The notes: generated from the sequence alone by a model not told the origin. Positions 1 through 9,791 are shown, counted from the first letter of the stretch. The stretch: 64,000 nt of DNA from Armatimonadota bacterium (GCA_041690135.1 JAWLHY010000001.1:672001-736000); one strand, 5' to 3'. Translations and numbers: made by a program.

Positions 1-465
1 GGCGGATTGATAAGGATCAGGATAAAGAGTCCCGGGTAATGCCGAGTTCCCTGACCAGGGGGCTTGCCCTAGCTGCGCCGGGTAGACTCGCGTCGCTTGC
101 AGGATCATGGCAGGATTGATGTGCTTCGACGGAAGGCTCATCGGGGCTGAGAAGTTGGTGCTGGTCTCTCGCTCCTCCATACGGCCCGTACGGGCGCAAT
201 GACGGTCGAGGGCATCGCCTGAATGTTTACCACCCGAAGGGTGGCCCGAGCACCTGACCACCCGAACACCCAGGCACCCGAACACTCCCTTTTCCGATTC
301 GTTTCATTCGCCCAATTCGCGGATCACTTGCCAGAAAGCCTGAATGCCCAACGCCCAAACGCCTGATCCGTAAAGCCGTCCTGTTGCTGGGGTAACGGAA
401 AGCCAGAATCATCATTGAGGCCGGGCCGGACCGTTCGGCCTGCAAGCAGGCTCCCAGCATTCACC

Positions 466-2112
466 GTGTCCACTTCCAACGCCAACGCATGTCCCCGCTG
501 CCGGCAAGAAACGACCGCGGGGGATAACTTCTGCCGCTGCTGCGGGTACCCGCTGCGGGGCCAGGCGGATTACACCCACGACCTGTGCGAAACGGTCGTG
601 GAGACGTTGCCGTGCGGGTTGTTCATTCTGGATGCCGCGACCCGGGTGGTCTACTGGAACCGCACGCTGGAAGCCCAGAGCGGCGTGCGCCGCCGTGACG
701 CCTTACGGCGCTCCATCGTCGACGTGATGCCCCATCTGCAAAGCCAGATGCACCGGATCTCCCGGGTGTTCGCGACCGCCCTGCCGTTGCGGATCGACCA
801 GGTGGCGCGGGAGGACGCCCGTGGCGAAGAGGTGATGGAGTCCTTCTGGCTGGGACCGCTGCTGTTGGAGAACGGAACGCCCGCACTCCTCGGCCTGGTG
901 GAAGACATCACCCAGAAGGTCCGCGTGGACAGCCACCTCATCCGGTCCGAGCGGCTGGCGGCGGTGGGGGAGTTGGCGGCGGGGGTGGCCCACAACTTTA
1001 ATAACATCCTGGCCGCCATCGGGGGCGACGCTCAACTACTCAAGCTCATCGCGGAAGAGGAAGACCTTCCGGAGCATATCGTGGAAGCCGCCCGCCAGAT
1101 TCACAACGAAACCATGCGGGGTGGGCGGATCGCCCACGACCTGCTCTCCTTTGCCCGCGGCGCGGAAGCCCGCATTCAACGCGTGGAGGTGCGCGAAATC
1201 GTCGAGGACGCCGCGCGCCTCATCTCGAACCATCCTTCCGCCCGCAGCGCCCAGATCCAGGTGGAACTGCGGGACGACCTGCCTCACGTGGAGGCGGACA
1301 CCAACCTGCTCCACCAGGTCTTCTTCAACGTGATGCTGAATGCGCTCCAGGCCATGCCCAATGGCGGCATTCTCAGTGTCAGCGCCGGTCTCCGCGGCGG
1401 CGATCAGGACCCTGCCTCGGGGATGTTGGACCTCAAGTTCCACGACACGGGAGTCGGCATCTCCCGCGAGCACCTCCGCCGGATCTTCGACCCGTTCTTC
1501 AGCAAACGCGCGAACGGCACGGCCGGCAGCGGCCTCGGGCTCCCGGTAAGCCTCGCCATGATCCAGGGGATCGGAGGCGACATCCACGTGACCAGCGCGG
1601 AAGGGATCGGCACCACGGTCACGGTCAGCCTGCCGATCGTGGAACGGCGCTCCGTCCGGCGGAGAGGCAGCCACGGGGCCCACCGGGGACGCGCGCTGGT
1701 AGTGGATGACGATGCCAACGTCCGCCGGACCCTCGGGACCCTGCTGACACGAAGGGGCTTCGACGTGGTCGCGGTGGAAGACGGCGCGGAAGCTCTGAAA
1801 TGCCTGATCGGCGCCGAACCCGATCGGCCCTTCGATGTCATGCTGACGGAGTTGATCCTGCCGAAGGTCAACGGGATCACGCTCATCCGCGAAGCCCTGA
1901 CCCACCAATCCGAGTTGGCGATCCTGGTGCTCACGGCCGCGACGGAGCAACGGCTGTTGCTGGAAGCCATCGATGCGGGCGCGCGCGCCGGTCTCAACAA
2001 ACCACCGGACTTTGGGGAACTGGTTCGTCTTGTGGAGCTACTCGCCGGAGGCCAACCTATGAAGCCCGGCGATACCAGGGAGGAACACCTGCAAGAAACG
2101 TGCCAACTGTAA
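466..2112 (+). CDS. Hybrid sensor histidine kinase (N-terminal zinc ribbon, PAS, HisKA, HATPase_c, C-terminal receiver-like domain)
   Basis: CPRC...FCRCCG ribbon; H-box AGVAHNFNN; N-box NVMLNALQA; DTGVG, FDPFF and GSGLGL boxes; VVDDD receiver start. GTG 466 chosen within the ORF open from 415. Confidence 0.9.
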   Translation: MSTSNANACPRCRQETTAGDNFCRCCGYPLRGQADYTHDLCETVVETLPCGLFILDAATRVVYWNRTLEAQSGVRRRDALRRSIVDVMPHLQSQMHRISRVFATALPLRIDQVAREDARGEEVMESFWLGPLLLENGTPALLGLVEDITQKVRVDSHLIRSERLAAVGELAAGVAHNFNNILAAIGGDAQLLKLIAEEEDLPEHIVEAARQIHNETMRGGRIAHDLLSFARGAEARIQRVEVREIVEDAARLISNHPSARSAQIQVELRDDLPHVEADTNLLHQVFFNVMLNALQAMPNGGILSVSAGLRGGDQDPASGMLDLKFHDTGVGISREHLRRIFDPFFSKRANGTAGSGLGLPVSLAMIQGIGGDIHVTSAEGIGTTVTVSLPIVERRSVRRRGSHGAHRGRALVVDDDANVRRTLGTLLTRRGFDVVAVEDGAEALKCLIGAEPDRPFDVMLTELILPKVNGITLIREALTHQSELAILVLTAATEQRLLLEAIDAGARAGLNKPPDFGELVRLVELLAGGQPMKPGDTREEHLQETCQL

Positions 2113-2175
2113 GTGGACTGGTAACGCGGACCCATTCGCTCGAACAGTTCGGACCACCTGTCAGGGATTCGTGCA

Positions 2176-3597
2176 GTGGCACTCCAACAACGCCAGACGC
2201 AGGCACAGCGACTTCAGCAGCGAGCCGACCCGCAAATGCTCCTGACCAACCGGCTGCTCCAGATGTCGGTCCTCGAATTGCAGCAGTGCGTTAGCCAGGA
2301 AGTCGCGGATAATCCGGCGCTGGAATGGCCGGAGGAGTTGTGCGCCGCTTGCCGCAGCGTGGGTCGTTCCTGTCTCGATTGCCCGCTCAACCCCGGAGCG
2401 GGGCCACGGCCGGCGGTGTGGGACCATGATTTCGCTCCCTGGGAAGAAGGATCCAACCCGGCCGATCCCTATGAATATGTTTCGGTCCAGGAAACGCTGG
2501 CGCACCATCTCCGTGCCCAACTGTTTGCCGGGGTCGCGGAATGTGATCAAGGCGTGGGACAGTACCTGATCGACAGCATCGACAGTGATGGTTATCTTCG
2601 CAGTGACGTCGAAGAGGCAGCGCGAGTCCTGGAGGTGCATCCCGCGGAAGTCGAACGCGTCTTGAAAGTGATCCAGACCTTTGAGCCCACCGGGGTGGGG
2701 GCGCGAAACCTCCGGGAGTGCTTGCTCATTCAAACCGAAGCCCGGGCGAGCGATCCGGCTACTCCCGTCGTGGTGCTCCCCATCCTTACCGCCTACTGGA
2801 AGGAACTGTCCACCGGCAAATGGAGGGCGATCGCACGGGGCTTGCGGGTGAGTCAGGCCGAGGTCGAGGGGTCGATCGGATGGCTGCGCCGCAATCTCAG
2901 TCCCTACCCGGGTCTCTGCTTTCGTCCGCATTGGGAGAGAACTCCCCAGGGATCCGCGGCACCGGCCCGGCCGGACGCGATCGTGTCGTTCGATGAGGGA
3001 GGAAGACTCCGGCTCCGCCTACCCGGCGAGGAGGGCCCTGGTCCAGTCCTTAATTCCGACTACTCCCGCACCCTGGTGAGCATCCGGGAGAAGCATGGCA
3101 CGCAGCCCTCTCCGGAGGAGCGAAACGTTGAGGAGCTTGTTGTCCGGGCACAGATGCTCCTCAAGGGCCTACACGACCGCGTCTGTCTCCTGCGCAGGGT
3201 CGGCGAATGCCTGCTGGAGGAACAGGAGCAGTACCTGCGAAGTGAGCGAGAAGAGGATTTGCGACCCCTAACCCAGGCACAACTCGCCGCCTTTATCCAG
3301 GTACACGAGAGCACCGTGAGCCGGGCCGTCGCGGAGAAGTTTCTCCAACTGCCCAGCGGACGCGTGCTGCCGTTGAGCTTCTTCTTCGACCGGGCCGTCT
3401 CTTATCGCCGTCTCGTGGCAAACGTGGTCGCCGGCGAGGACCCCGCCGCGCCCTACAGCGATCAGGAGATCTCCGATCGCCTGCGCCGGGAGGGGGTATT
3501 CATTGCGCGGCGGACCGTGATGAAATACCGCGAGGAACTGGGCATCCTCTCCTCGCGGCAGCGGGCACGCACCCCTGGATCCTGTGGGACAAGTTGA
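2176..3597 (+). CDS. rpoN: RNA polymerase sigma-54 factor
   Basis: Gln/Leu-rich region I, NPALE, IQTFEPTGVGARNLRECL, HESTVSRAV helix-turn-helix, RpoN box ARRTVMKYRE. Confidence 0.95.
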   Translation: MALQQRQTQAQRLQQRADPQMLLTNRLLQMSVLELQQCVSQEVADNPALEWPEELCAACRSVGRSCLDCPLNPGAGPRPAVWDHDFAPWEEGSNPADPYEYVSVQETLAHHLRAQLFAGVAECDQGVGQYLIDSIDSDGYLRSDVEEAARVLEVHPAEVERVLKVIQTFEPTGVGARNLRECLLIQTEARASDPATPVVVLPILTAYWKELSTGKWRAIARGLRVSQAEVEGSIGWLRRNLSPYPGLCFRPHWERTPQGSAAPARPDAIVSFDEGGRLRLRLPGEEGPGPVLNSDYSRTLVSIREKHGTQPSPEERNVEELVVRAQMLLKGLHDRVCLLRRVGECLLEEQEQYLRSEREEDLRPLTQAQLAAFIQVHESTVSRAVAEKFLQLPSGRVLPLSFFFDRAVSYRRLVANVVAGEDPAAPYSDQEISDRLRREGVFIARRTVMKYREELGILSSRQRARTPGSCGTS

Positions 3598-3598
3598 G

Positions 3599-5026
3599 AT
3601 GAGCGACAAAACACCAGCGAGCCGGGGCCGTCTGGTCGTGGTTGACGATGAAGCCTCCGTGGCGCGGGTGCTAAACACTTTTTTCGCCCGCGAAGGATGG
3701 CACGTGCAGTCCTTCGATCGGGCCACCGAAGCGCTTCCCGCCATCGTGGAGGGGGAGGTGGATCTGGTGCTGACCGACCTCTCCATGCCGGAGATGGACG
3801 GCATCCAGTTACTGCGGGCAATGCGAGACCGGGGCTGTGAAATCCCCCTACTGGTCATCACCGCCTATGCCACCGTGGACAGTGCGGTAGAAGCGATGAA
3901 GCTGGGGGCCTTCGACTACCTCAGCAAGCCGTTCGACCTGGAGAAAGTGAAGGTCTGCGTCCAACGCGCCTTCCTCCACCGCCAGCTCCAGCGGGAAAAC
4001 GAGCACTTGCGGCAGGAACTGAAGGCCCAGTATCAGTTCGGCAATCTGCTCGGAAACAGCCCGCGGATGGGCGAGGTTTACCGGCTGATCGAGAAGGCTG
4101 CCAGGAGCCGGGCCAACGTGCTGCTGCTGGGCGAAAGCGGTACCGGAAAGGAGCTGGTCGCACGGGCGCTCCATTACAACAGCCTCCGTGCCAACAAACG
4201 GTTTGTACCGGTCTCCTGCGCGGCGCTACCGAGCGAGCTCCTGGAAAGCGAGTTGTTCGGTCACGAGAAAGGGGCCTTCACCGGCGCCAACTGGCAGCGA
4301 ATCGGCCGGTTCGAGCTGGCCGATGGCGGCACGCTCTTTCTGGATGAGATCGGCGACGTGAGCCCTTCGGTACAGGTCAAGCTGCTTCGCGCCATCCAGG
4401 AGCGAGAGATCGACCGCGTGGGTGGGGCCAAGCCGATCAAAGTGGACGCCCGCCTGGTCACGGCGACTCACCGCAACCTGGCGGAAGCGATCGAGAAGGG
4501 GCTGTTCCGGGAGGACCTCTACTACCGGCTGCGCGTGGTGGAGATTCAACTACCTCCGCTCCGCGATCGCCGCGAAGACATCCCGCTTCTCGCGAGCCAC
4601 TTTCTTGAGAAATATGCGCGCCGCGATGGCCGGCCTCTGGAGAGTTTCTCCCCCGGCGCTCTGGAAGTGCTGGAGCAATATGCGTGGCCCGGCAACGTCC
4701 GCGAGTTGGAGAACGCCGTGGAGCATGCGGTCGTGCTGGCCGACGACGACGCACGCACGATCGACGTGGACCTTCTACCGGAGCACGTCACCGGTTGGCG
4801 GACCGCCCCGCGCGCCTTCCTCACCGCGTCCCCTCCCGTTTCCGGCGCTACGGGTAAGACCCTGCGGGAGACCCTGGACGAGGTCGAGCGCCGGACCCTG
4901 GAAGAGACGCTGGAGCGGTGCCAGTGGGATCTCGAACGCGCCGCCGCCGCCCTCGGCCTCTCTTACCGGTCACTTTGCCACAGCGTCCGCAGGCATCACC
5001 TGTCCGGGTACCGGCGGGAAGCGTGA
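3599..5026 (+). CDS. Sigma-54-dependent response regulator (NtrC/AtoC/ZraR family; REC-AAA+-Fis HTH)
   Basis: REC with LTD; Walker A GESGTGKE; GAFTGA loop; LFLDEIG; WPGNVRELEN. Confidence 0.95.
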   Translation: MSDKTPASRGRLVVVDDEASVARVLNTFFAREGWHVQSFDRATEALPAIVEGEVDLVLTDLSMPEMDGIQLLRAMRDRGCEIPLLVITAYATVDSAVEAMKLGAFDYLSKPFDLEKVKVCVQRAFLHRQLQRENEHLRQELKAQYQFGNLLGNSPRMGEVYRLIEKAARSRANVLLLGESGTGKELVARALHYNSLRANKRFVPVSCAALPSELLESELFGHEKGAFTGANWQRIGRFELADGGTLFLDEIGDVSPSVQVKLLRAIQEREIDRVGGAKPIKVDARLVTATHRNLAEAIEKGLFREDLYYRLRVVEIQLPPLRDRREDIPLLASHFLEKYARRDGRPLESFSPGALEVLEQYAWPGNVRELENAVEHAVVLADDDARTIDVDLLPEHVTGWRTAPRAFLTASPPVSGATGKTLRETLDEVERRTLEETLERCQWDLERAAAALGLSYRSLCHSVRRHHLSGYRREA

Positions 5027-5033
5027 GGTGTAG

Positions 5034-5059
5034 TGCGTATTGCGTATTGCGTATTGCGT
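5034..5059. repeat. Short tandem heptamer repeat (TGCGTAT) x3.7
   Basis: tgcgtat tgcgtat tgcgtat tgcgt directly after the stop codon. Confidence 0.85.
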
Positions 5060-5187
5060 GAGGTCTGGGGCAGGGGCTGCGCGGGGTTGGCCGTGAGGCG
5101 CTCCGTGATCGGAAGCCGCGAGCCAAGATTGCCCCTAGCGGTCTAGCCGAATAGGCCTAGTATCCAGCGTCCTTATCGTAATCATAA

Positions 5188-5240
5188 TCTTCATCCTAAT
5201 CCGCGAAGCCATCGTAGTCTTCATCATAATCCGCGAAGCC
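5188..5240. repeat. 23-bp direct repeat TCTTCATC(C/A)TAATCCGCGAAGCC in a low-complexity tract
   Basis: Copies at 5188-5210 and 5218-5240 with one mismatch. Confidence 0.8.
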
Positions 5241-5373
5241 CGGGAACCCTTAGACTGCCGCACGCGATACTGTGTAGTGGCGGAGTTGACCGGGAGAGGC
5301 ATTCGCCGTATGCTGGCTCCGGAAGTGCTTGTTCCGAGAGCAGGCTGCCCTGTCCGTTCGGGAGGAGAGCGTC

Positions 5374-6519
5374 GTGCGGCGAGACAACTACGGCCCGGCC
5401 ACCAGCCTGGGCATCCTGGAAGACGTCTTCAACTGGGGTCTGAAGCTGGGCGCCCTGGCCATCCTGGTGGTGACCGGTTACTACATCTATGGGACCGTGG
5501 CCGCCAGCGACCAACTGTTCCGCGGCGTGGCCCAGCCCGGAAAGTACATGACCGTTCCGGAGTTCCAGAAGAACGTCCAGAACATGCAGCTCCTGATGAA
5601 CGTGCTGTTCATCGCGAGCCTGGTGGTCATCGTCTCCGCCCTGGGCCGGTACCTCCCTTATGTGGAGACCGGCGCGGTCTTGTTGATCGTGGGTGTGGCG
5701 CTCTTCTTCGGGATGCCACTGCTCATCGATAACATGGGCGGGCCGGCGCAAGGTCTTCCCAAGCAGCTAGCCCGCATCCTCGAGCCCCGGCGGTATCTCG
5801 CCAGTCAGTTCGGCTTCTGCGGCATGTTGTTCCTCGGGGCGGGAATCGCGGACCTGATCGTCCATGCCGTGATCCTTGTGGCCTCCGCTCGGAATCGACG
5901 GCCCAAGCCGACCGCCGAGAACGCCCAGACCGCCGCGCAGGTACGCAAGCAGCAGAACAAGTTCCTTGGTCCCTGCTGGGACCTGCCCTTCTGCCGCGAC
6001 ACCGAGAAGAAGATGTGCCCGATCCGCAACAGCAAGCGGCCGTGCTGGCGCACCGGGCGCGGTTGTTACTGCGATCAGAACATCATTCTCACGCTTAGCG
6101 GCGGGAACCTGTACGCGGCCAGCCGCGGCTCCTCGGGCTTCCTCTCCGCTTCCGCCACGGTGGCGCGCCCGAAGTCGTGGAGTGAGAAGCGCACACAGTG
6201 CCTGGGCTGCCCCGTCTATCTTCACCATCAGAGCCAGAAGTACCAGGTGATGGCGCCCCTCTCCATCATCGGGACGATCGGGGCAATCGTCTTCTACTGG
6301 TCCACGGTCCGCAATCTCTATCCAGATACGATGCGCGCGGTGGGGCGGGCTCTTTCCGGCTTCAGCTTCGGTCCCAGCCCGGGCGGCGTGCCGGCGTGGG
6401 CCAACGACCTGGCGGCGAACCAGGGCATCATGTGGATGCTGCTGCTGGTGGCCGGAGTGCTGCTCATCGCCTACTTCCTCCAGGCCGTGGAGTGGATCCT
6501 CTATCGCCTCGGCCTGTAG
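5374..6519 (+). CDS. Polytopic membrane protein with cytoplasmic Cys-rich (two-CW-like) domain
   Basis: About six hydrophobic segments; CWDLPFC...CP...CWRTGRGCYC...CLGCP; RBS GGAGGAG at 5361 before GTG 5374. Confidence 0.75.
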   Translation: MRRDNYGPATSLGILEDVFNWGLKLGALAILVVTGYYIYGTVAASDQLFRGVAQPGKYMTVPEFQKNVQNMQLLMNVLFIASLVVIVSALGRYLPYVETGAVLLIVGVALFFGMPLLIDNMGGPAQGLPKQLARILEPRRYLASQFGFCGMLFLGAGIADLIVHAVILVASARNRRPKPTAENAQTAAQVRKQQNKFLGPCWDLPFCRDTEKKMCPIRNSKRPCWRTGRGCYCDQNIILTLSGGNLYAASRGSSGFLSASATVARPKSWSEKRTQCLGCPVYLHHQSQKYQVMAPLSIIGTIGAIVFYWSTVRNLYPDTMRAVGRALSGFSFGPSPGGVPAWANDLAANQGIMWMLLLVAGVLLIAYFLQAVEWILYRLGL

Positions 6520-6530
6520 TGCGGCTATAA

Positions 6531-6556
6531 TTCCCCAGCCCCGCGGGGCTGGGGAA
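6531..6556. promoter_or_regulatory. Perfect 26-bp palindrome immediately after a TATAAT, upstream of bioB (operator or terminator candidate)
   Basis: TTCCCCAGCCCCGCGGGGCTGGGGAA equals its own reverse complement; TATAAT at 6526-6531. Confidence 0.45.
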
Positions 6557-6605
6557 GCCCGCCGGTTCTCGGAAAGCGGCTCCCCCGGAAGTTGGCAGGC
6601 CGCCC

Positions 6606-7637
6606 GTGAGCATCACCGAAACCGTTTCACTCCATCCCGTAACCGACTGGAGCGCCCTCGCACGGCGCGTGCTGGCCGGTAGTCCCATCGACCGCCAGGA
6701 AGCGCTGGCGATCCTGCAGTCGCCGGACGATTCTCTCCTCAGTCTTCTCGCCGCGGCGTTCGAGATCCGCCGGTCGCACTTCGGCAAGCGGGTCCAGCTT
6801 TACTACCTGGTGAACGCGAAGAGCGGGCTTTGCCCCGAGGACTGCCACTACTGCTCGCAGTCCCGCATCTCCACCGCGCCGATCGAAAAGTACCCGCTCA
6901 TGGCGCATGAGGAGATCCTCGCCGGGGCGGAGCGGGCCGTGGCCAGCCAGGCCTGCACTTATTGCATCGTCACCAGCGGCCGCGGGCCGACGAACCGCGA
7001 AGTGGACCACCTCGCCGATGCGGTTCGCGAGATCAAGGAGCGCTACTCCCTACGGATCTGCGCGTGCATGGGGCTCCTCTCGGACAGCCAGGCCGAGCGC
7101 CTGCGGGAAGCCGGCGTGGACCGCTTCAACCACAACCTGAATACCGGCGAAGAGCACCACGGCAATATCTGCACCACCCACAGCTACGAAGACCGGGTGC
7201 GCACCGTCGAGAAGATCAAGGCGTCCGGTATCAGCACCTGCTCCGGCGGCATCATCGGGATGGGAGAGCGGGACGAGGACGTGGTTGACCTGGCGTTCGC
7301 GCTGCGGGACCTGGAAGTCGAGTCGATCCCGGTGAACTTCCTCCACCCCATCGACGGCACCCCGCTGGCGGGCACCTGGAGCCTGAACCCTCGCTATTGC
7401 CTGAAGGTGCTGTGCATGTTCCGGTTCGTGAATCCCTCGCGGGAGATCCGCATCGGCGGCGGGCGGGAACTGCATCTCGGCGCGCTCCAACCCATGGGGC
7501 TCTATCCGGCCAACTCGCTGTTCGTGAGCGATTACCTGACCACCCGGGGCCAGTCCGCCGAGGACGACTTCCGGATGATCGAGCAGTTGGGCTTCGAGAT
7601 CGTCCAGCCCGCGGAGCGCCGTGGAGCGGCTGTTTAG
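6606..7637 (+). CDS. bioB: Biotin synthase
   Basis: Radical SAM motif KSGLCPEDCHYCSQS, FNHNLNT, SIPVNFL. Confidence 0.97.
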   Translation: MSITETVSLHPVTDWSALARRVLAGSPIDRQEALAILQSPDDSLLSLLAAAFEIRRSHFGKRVQLYYLVNAKSGLCPEDCHYCSQSRISTAPIEKYPLMAHEEILAGAERAVASQACTYCIVTSGRGPTNREVDHLADAVREIKERYSLRICACMGLLSDSQAERLREAGVDRFNHNLNTGEEHHGNICTTHSYEDRVRTVEKIKASGISTCSGGIIGMGERDEDVVDLAFALRDLEVESIPVNFLHPIDGTPLAGTWSLNPRYCLKVLCMFRFVNPSREIRIGGGRELHLGALQPMGLYPANSLFVSDYLTTRGQSAEDDFRMIEQLGFEIVQPAERRGAAV

Positions 7638-8442
7638 CGTGCGCATGCGGGCCGCGGCCGGCGGTCCGCACGAGCGGGGCGGGACCCACATTTCGGGAGC
7701 CGAGCGCCTGGTGCCGGAAGGGGAGGTGGAAGCCACCCTTGCGGCGCTCCTCCGGCGTGCCCAGGAGCGCGGCCTCGCGCCGGATTTCATCCGGTTCACC
7801 GTGGAAGCCGTGGCGCCGGAAGAGTTACACCATGTTCCCGCGCTGCCGATCACCACGGTCCGGACGGCCGGAGCGGACGAGGCCGAGCGGGCAGCGCGGC
7901 ACCTCCTGTCTGAAGCGGGAGCGGGGGAGGGGGCACTCGAATCCGCCTTTGCCGCGCTACGGAGCGGCTGGAATCCCGCCGGCCGACCTTTGCGAGGCGC
8001 GGCGTTGGTCGACCAGCGGAGCGGGGCACGACTCGATCCAAATCCCGAACGCGGCGTGCGTGTCTCCCGGCTCGATTACAGCGCCATCGGGAGAACGACA
8101 GCGGGGCAGATGCTGGCCGAGCACGGGCTTTCGCACTTCCGGGTGCGCGAGGCGCTTGCCATTGCCACGAAGGTGCTCTGGGCCGGGGTGACCGCCGAGC
8201 TCTGCTGGTCGGACGAGCCGGATTACACCACGGGTTACGTGGCCACCCGGCAGCAAGGCTACCTGCGGTTTCCCGGTTTCAAACCGGCCGGAGCCCGCGG
8301 CGGACGGGCCTTCTTCATCGATCCCGCCACCCTGCCGTCCGGCGGGGTGACGGACCTGATCTTCCGGTTGGAAGAGCAGTGCGTGCTGATCGAACCCCCG
8401 ATCCATGTGCGGGGGAGTGTGGACTGGAGCAGTTGGCAGTGA
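7621..8442 (+). CDS. bioW: 6-carboxyhexanoate--CoA ligase (pimeloyl-CoA synthetase)
   Basis: SVRMRA, HISGAER, RGVRVSRLD, REALAIATKV, AELCWSDEPDYTTGYVA; operon context. Confidence 0.93.
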   Translation: MERLFSVRMRAAAGGPHERGGTHISGAERLVPEGEVEATLAALLRRAQERGLAPDFIRFTVEAVAPEELHHVPALPITTVRTAGADEAERAARHLLSEAGAGEGALESAFAALRSGWNPAGRPLRGAALVDQRSGARLDPNPERGVRVSRLDYSAIGRTTAGQMLAEHGLSHFRVREALAIATKVLWAGVTAELCWSDEPDYTTGYVATRQQGYLRFPGFKPAGARGGRAFFIDPATLPSGGVTDLIFRLEEQCVLIEPPIHVRGSVDWSSWQ

Positions 8443-9785
8443 CGGACTATGCGGAGATCCTGCGCAAGGAGCGGGAGCACCTCTGGCACCCGAACACCCA
8501 GATGCGCGACTGGGTGGCGGACGAACCCCTTTTCATCGCGGACGGCGCCGGCGTGAAGGTGCGGGACCTCCAGGGACGCGAGTACTACGATGCGAACTCG
8601 TCCCTGTGGGTGAACGTGCACGGCCATCGCAAGCCGGAGTTGGACGCGGCCATCGTGGAACAACTCGGCAAGATCGCCCACAGCACCTTCCTGGGCCTGT
8701 CGCACGCGCCCGCCGCGGAACTGGCCGCCCGCCTGGCGGCGATCGCCCCGGCGGGTCTCTCGCGCGTCTTCTACTCGGACAGTGGGTCGGAGGCGGTGGA
8801 GATCGCCATCAAGATCGCCTACCAGTATTGGCAGCACCGCGGTGAGCCGGAACGTCATCTCTACATCGCGCTGGAGGAAGGCTACCATGGGGATACGCTG
8901 GGCTCCGTCAGCGTCGGCTGCATCCCGCTCTTCCACGCGATCTATAAGAAGCTGCTGTTCGAGGCGAAGTTCGCTCCCAACCCGGCCCGGACCGCCACGG
9001 CGGAAGAGGCCGCGGCGGGGCTAGAGGCGATCCTGAAGCAGCACCGCGGGCAGGTGGCGGCCGTGATCCTGGAGTCGGTGGTCCAGGCCGCCGCGGGAAT
9101 GCTCGTGGCGAAGCCAGGATACCTCCGCCGCGTGCGCGAGCTGTGCGACCGCTACGACACGCTGCTGATCGCGGATGAAGTGGCGACCGGCTTCGGGCGG
9201 ACGGGCAAGATGTTCGCCTGCGAGCACGAAGGGGTTTCCCCGGACCTGATGTGCATTGCCAAGGGATTGACGGGCGGCTACCTGCCGCTGGCGGCGACCC
9301 TGGCCACCGAGCAGATCTATGCGGCGTTCCTGGGCGAGTACCGCGATGTGAAGACCTTCTTCCACGGTCACTCGTATACCGCGAACCCGCTCACCTGCGC
9401 CGTGGCGCTGGCCAACCTCGACATCTTCGAACGAGAGCGCGTGATCGAGGGCCTGGCCCCCAAGATTGAAGCGGTGGGGGAAGGCCTGTCAGCATTCCGC
9501 GCGCTCCCCCACGTCGGGGAGATCCGCCACTGTGGATTGATGGCGGGGATCGAGCTGGTCCGGGACCGGGAGACGCGCGAGCTGTATGCCTGGGAAGAGG
9601 CGATGGGAGTGCGGGCCTGCCGCCGGGCGCGCCGCTACGGCTTGATTACCCGCCCCCTGGGCAACACCGTCGTCTTCATGCCGCCGCTCGCCAGCACCGT
9701 GAAGGAACTGCGCGAGATGCTGGCGATCATCCATCGCGCAGTGCGCGAGGAGACGGAAGGCGACGGAACGGCGGAAACGGAGTAG
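8439..9785 (+). CDS. bioA: Adenosylmethionine-8-amino-7-oxononanoate aminotransferase
   Basis: LWHPNTQM, SSLWVNVHGH, YHGDT, DEVATGFGRTG, AKGLTGGYLP, FFHGHSYT. Confidence 0.95.
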   Translation: MTDYAEILRKEREHLWHPNTQMRDWVADEPLFIADGAGVKVRDLQGREYYDANSSLWVNVHGHRKPELDAAIVEQLGKIAHSTFLGLSHAPAAELAARLAAIAPAGLSRVFYSDSGSEAVEIAIKIAYQYWQHRGEPERHLYIALEEGYHGDTLGSVSVGCIPLFHAIYKKLLFEAKFAPNPARTATAEEAAAGLEAILKQHRGQVAAVILESVVQAAAGMLVAKPGYLRRVRELCDRYDTLLIADEVATGFGRTGKMFACEHEGVSPDLMCIAKGLTGGYLPLAATLATEQIYAAFLGEYRDVKTFFHGHSYTANPLTCAVALANLDIFERERVIEGLAPKIEAVGEGLSAFRALPHVGEIRHCGLMAGIELVRDRETRELYAWEEAMGVRACRRARRYGLITRPLGNTVVFMPPLASTVKELREMLAIIHRAVREETEGDGTAETE

Positions 9786-9791
9786 ACCCAG

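Noticed and set aside
388-418. GGTAACGGAAAG...ATCATCATTGAG resembling the 43820 site
   Set aside because: Weaker arms, different spacing and far from the recombinase; may be chance.
3595-3597. Other TGA stops (rpoN, yceD, PDZ gene) as recoding sites
   Set aside because: Those proteins are complete at the stop, with no meaningful in-frame continuation or SECIS-like hairpin.
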